The notes below the pieces were generated by a model, which saw only the letters and a program-made list of their open reading frames with translations, had not been told where the DNA came from and made no database searches. From a bacterium (GTDB lineage Bacteria > UBA8248): a stretch of DNA of 64,000 nt. Below are positions 61,072-64,000 of this stretch, one piece after another. Within the stretch, counting starts at the first letter, position 1. Each line of letters starts with the position of its first letter. The translations under genes were made by a program, and so were the position numbers. Location: assembly GCA_965261085.1 (NCBI GenBank), contig OZ253442.1, positions 448,001-512,000 on the forward strand, read 5' to 3'.

Positions 61072-61653
61072 TTATTTCTCTTTTGGTTCGAATTTCCTGA
61101 TCAGCCAATCGAGCGCGGCTTTTTGGTCGGCGGCGGATGCGCGGCGCAGTTGAGAGAGGAGCCACGCATGACTCGGCGGCTCCTGAACCACGTTCTTCGC
61201 CCCCTGATTGCAGGTGCTGCACAGAGCGCGAAGGTTCGAGAGTTCATCGGAGCCGCCGTGACTGTGATCCACGACGTGGCCGATATGCAGCCGCACCTTC
61301 CGGGCCGGGTTCAGATCGTCGTCATCGCCGGCCCCCGCACCGCACATCTGGCAGGTATAGCCGTTTCGCTCCAAAACCTGGGCGCGTACGCGGGTCGATA
61401 TGGGACGTGTGAATCGGTAGGCGTCGTGAACGGGTGGTTCGGAAACCAGTTTGTACTCACCGGGCTTCAAGGCGCCGTCGTCGTTGTGGGTGACGATCGG
61501 CCAGCCCTCGTCGTTTCGCAACTCACGCACCCGACGCGCCCATTCCGTCACGTGCAACCCGGCGGCCTCCCGTATCTGCCCGGAGGTGACGACTCGCCCT
61601 ACGTTGGCGCGTAAAAACTCGCGGATGCGAGCTTTGGAACCTCTACGGGACAT
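61072..61653 (-). CDS. HNH type II restriction endonuclease, KpnI-like
   Basis: FLRANVGRVVT...EWARRVRELR N-domain, VLERNGYTCQMCG, LHIGH, NLRALCSTCN; co-oriented with MTase and vsr. Confidence 0.8.
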   Translation of the reverse strand: MSRRGSKARIREFLRANVGRVVTSGQIREAAGLHVTEWARRVRELRNDEGWPIVTHNDDGALKPGEYKLVSEPPVHDAYRFTRPISTRVRAQVLERNGYTCQMCGAGAGDDDDLNPARKVRLHIGHVVDHSHGGSDELSNLRALCSTCNQGAKNVVQEPPSHAWLLSQLRRASAADQKAALDWLIRKFEPKEK

Positions 61654-62376
61654 TCATCCGACCTTGCGAAATGTATGCCGCATTAATTCCTGCCCGATGA
61701 ACCGGGAATAGACCGGCGGTATCGCTTCGTTGATTTCTTTTTTCATCATCCAATCGATTCCCATCGCATCGCGCGCGGCGGCGATGGTGCAATTACCGCC
61801 GCCTGTCACCTGAACGTAGTCCGTCCACTCGTCGGTCTTGCCGTAATGCGATTTTCTCCTATCGAACGTGTGGACCAGCGGATGCGGCTTGTGCGGCGGA
61901 GCGGTGATGGGGAAGTTCGTCTCGAACAATCTGTGCCGAAGCACGCGCAATTCATCGAACATCGTCCCGCACAGCACGATGTAATCGCGAAGCGGGGAGC
62001 CTTCGACGTTCTCGATGACGTAGGGCCGATTGGTCTGAACGAGCATGTCGCGCACCGCTCCGACCAAATCGGGCCACTCATGGGCGTTGCCGTTGCGCTT
62101 CGCCAGGTCAGAATAGGCCTGGCAAGGCGGTGAGGCGTGAATCACGTCGAACGATGCGAGAAAATCGGCATCGAGCGTCATCGCGTCCGCTTGAATGAAC
62201 GGGAACGGGTAATTCGGCTGGGGCTTGACGTCTACGCCGACAACGTCGAATCCGGCCTGGTGATATCCGAGGGCGGCCCCGCCGGCGCAACAAAAAAGGT
62301 CGAGCAATTTTGGTCGGGCCGCCATTGGATAAGCCTCCATACTCGAATCTTCTTCTTTTTTCGGGCGTAGGTTCAT
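61654..62376 (-). CDS. Short DNA (cytosine-5) methyltransferase
   Basis: Motif I LDLFCCAGG, motif IV SPPCQ, motif VI ENV, motif VIII-like RHRLFE, motif X-like EAIPP. Confidence 0.88.
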   Translation of the reverse strand: MNLRPKKEEDSSMEAYPMAARPKLLDLFCCAGGAALGYHQAGFDVVGVDVKPQPNYPFPFIQADAMTLDADFLASFDVIHASPPCQAYSDLAKRNGNAHEWPDLVGAVRDMLVQTNRPYVIENVEGSPLRDYIVLCGTMFDELRVLRHRLFETNFPITAPPHKPHPLVHTFDRRKSHYGKTDEWTDYVQVTGGGNCTIAAARDAMGIDWMMKKEINEAIPPVYSRFIGQELMRHTFRKVG

Positions 62377-62383
62377 AGTATAT

Positions 62384-62851
62384 CTATTTTCGCTTTTTGT
62401 CCACCTCGGGCGACAAAAAATCGACGAGTCTGGATTCGAGTTTCGATTTATCTTTCGTCTCGCATTCCCAGACGATCAGCGCATCCCACCCGAGCCGGTG
62501 AAGATCGGCTATTTTCTGCCGATCGCGGACGACGTTCACCCTGAATTTCTCCTCCCAGAAGGAAGTTCGCGTTTTCGGGGTGGTCGTCCTGTGGCATCCC
62601 TCGTGCCTGTGCCAGAAGCAGCCGTGAACGAAGATCGCCTTCTTGCGACCGAGGAAACAGATGTCGGGCGTTCCGGGGATATCCTTGCGATGCAGGCGAT
62701 AGCGGCAGCCGAGGCTATGCAGAAGTCTGCGAACGATCAACTCCGGCTTGGTGTCCTTCTGTCCGACGCGCGCCATCATCGCCCGCCGCTCGGGCGATGG
62801 CTCAGGTTCTCTCACCGGCTTCTGCGACGCTCGGCGGGGCATGGTCGCCAA
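62384..62851 (-). CDS. vsr: Very short patch repair endonuclease
   Basis: MARVGQKDTKPE, PGTPD, FVHGCFWHRH, NVVRD, WECE. Confidence 0.95.
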   Translation of the reverse strand: MATMPRRASQKPVREPEPSPERRAMMARVGQKDTKPELIVRRLLHSLGCRYRLHRKDIPGTPDICFLGRKKAIFVHGCFWHRHEGCHRTTTPKTRTSFWEEKFRVNVVRDRQKIADLHRLGWDALIVWECETKDKSKLESRLVDFLSPEVDKKRK

Positions 62852-62864
62852 TGCTTCCCCCCCC

Positions 62865-63329
62865 TCACTCGGTCAGGCCGCGTCTGGCTCTCGTTCGGGC
62901 GTCGAGGGAGAGGGGTCCGCTTCCCAGGAGAAGAACCGCGATCGTGGCGAGCAGGAGGAAAAGGGAGTATTCGTATCCACCGGCGACGGCGGCGCCGGTC
63001 TCGGGGTTCGTGACGATACCGCGCATGAAAAAGCCCTGATCGAAATGCACCAGCGCAGCGACGCCCGTCATGATGACGGCGTTCATCAAGGCGCCCAGGC
63101 GGGCGTAGAACCCGAGGAGCAGGAGCGCCCCGCCGAACAGATGGCCCAGCACGACGGCCCACGCCCCGATGGTGGGCAGAGGGATACCCATCGATGCGTT
63201 CAGGGCGGCGAGGCGCTCCACGCCGACCACCAGAAAGCCGTAATAACCATGAAGGATGTAGTAGACGCCCAGGGAGACGCGAAGCAAAGCGATTCCGTAT
63301 GTCTGATACGGCTTCAACCTCGGGTTCAT
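62865..63329 (-). CDS. DoxX family membrane protein
   Basis: LLRVSLG...HG, LLLGFYAR, GYEY, GSGPLSLD. Confidence 0.88.
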   Translation of the reverse strand: MNPRLKPYQTYGIALLRVSLGVYYILHGYYGFLVVGVERLAALNASMGIPLPTIGAWAVVLGHLFGGALLLLGFYARLGALMNAVIMTGVAALVHFDQGFFMRGIVTNPETGAAVAGGYEYSLFLLLATIAVLLLGSGPLSLDARTRARRGLTE

Positions 63330-63537
63330 CGACTCTCCCCCGCTTTGTGTAAAAAGGCATCTTCTCGCAATTGCGCGGATATCGCCACCCTTTTCTCGAA
63401 CACCAGAGCGATTTCACCCGCGCGTGAAATATGGTAGAAGCAAAACGTGGTTCGGGCGACATGCGCCTGGCCGCGAAACATACGGGCAGCCGCTCCTCTC
63501 GCGACGCAACCCCAAACACGAAAGCAGCCATCCGAAT

Positions 63538-64000
63538 ATGAGCGAATCCGAGAAAAAACTATCCTATAAGAACTTCATCATTCCGCTGGTTCTGGTCGTC
63601 GTCCTGGCGCTTTTCTTCTACTCGGGCCTGGGCCGATACCTCTCTTTCGAGGCTTTGAGGGAAAACCAGGGCGCACTCAAAGAGTGGGTGCGCGCGAACG
63701 GCGCGCTCGCCGTCATCGCCTACATGCTCACCTACGCGGCGGTGACTATCTTCTCACTCCCCGGCGGGTTGGTGATGAGCATCACCGGCGGATTCCTGTT
63801 CGGGACCCTCTGGGGCGCGCTCTACATCGTCGTGGGCGCAACGACGGGGGCGACCATTCTCTTCATCGCGGCCAAGACCTCGCTCGGTGACCCCCTTCGC
63901 GCGAAGGCGGGGCCCTGGCTCCAGAAGATGGAAGAAGGTTTTCAGGAAAACGCTCTGAGTTATCTGCTGGTACTAAGGCTCGTGCCCCTGTTTCCATTTT
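63538..64000 (+). CDS. TVP38/TMEM64 (DedA/VTT) family membrane protein, partial
   Basis: ATG at 63538; SLPGG..MSITGGFLFG, GATTGA, LRLVPLFPF; runs off the window end. Confidence 0.88.
   Translation, partial: MSESEKKLSYKNFIIPLVLVVVLALFFYSGLGRYLSFEALRENQGALKEWVRANGALAVIAYMLTYAAVTIFSLPGGLVMSITGGFLFGTLWGALYIVVGATTGATILFIAAKTSLGDPLRAKAGPWLQKMEEGFQENALSYLLVLRLVPLFPF

Overview
High-GC bacterial chromosome segment, by eye about 60-65% GC; the gene content suggests a Gram-negative, Deltaproteobacteria/Nitrospinota-like organism (inference). The first 38 kb is mostly core genome: two CNNM/CorC proteins, galU, ligA, a complete tolQRAB-pal-cpoB cluster, a peptidoglycan-recycling neighbourhood (slt, anmK, nagA, two M20 peptidases, D-aminoacylase), bioD, class I aldolase and fbp. 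It is interrupted by a small MqsA-like HTH/Fic islet and a REP-flanked RAYT transposase. The rest is accessory DNA. (1) A defence-like island at 38.4-43.3 kb carries an AdoMetDC-like gene with a DUF3326 gene, a decayed MmeI-like methyltransferase remnant, a Septu-like AAA ATPase/HNH pair and a second, truncated AdoMetDC-like gene. (2) A 13.1 kb, mostly lower-GC block (GAF/degenerate-GGDEF + MreB paralog, aroE, Mo-hydroxylase large subunit, ECF sigma, CoA-transferase, APC-USP permease, cysteine dioxygenase) is bounded by a perfect 28-bp inverted repeat. (3) A hidden GrdB/PrdB-like selenoprotein has an in-frame UGA, a UxxC motif and a SECIS-like hairpin, and its 5' end is duplicated around a hicB/hicA-pseudogene cassette. 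(4) A Vsr, short C5-MTase and KpnI-like HNH restriction-modification module lies beside an AlbA_2 gene. No rRNA, tRNA or CRISPR array was seen. All family calls come from motif recognition by eye, not database searches.
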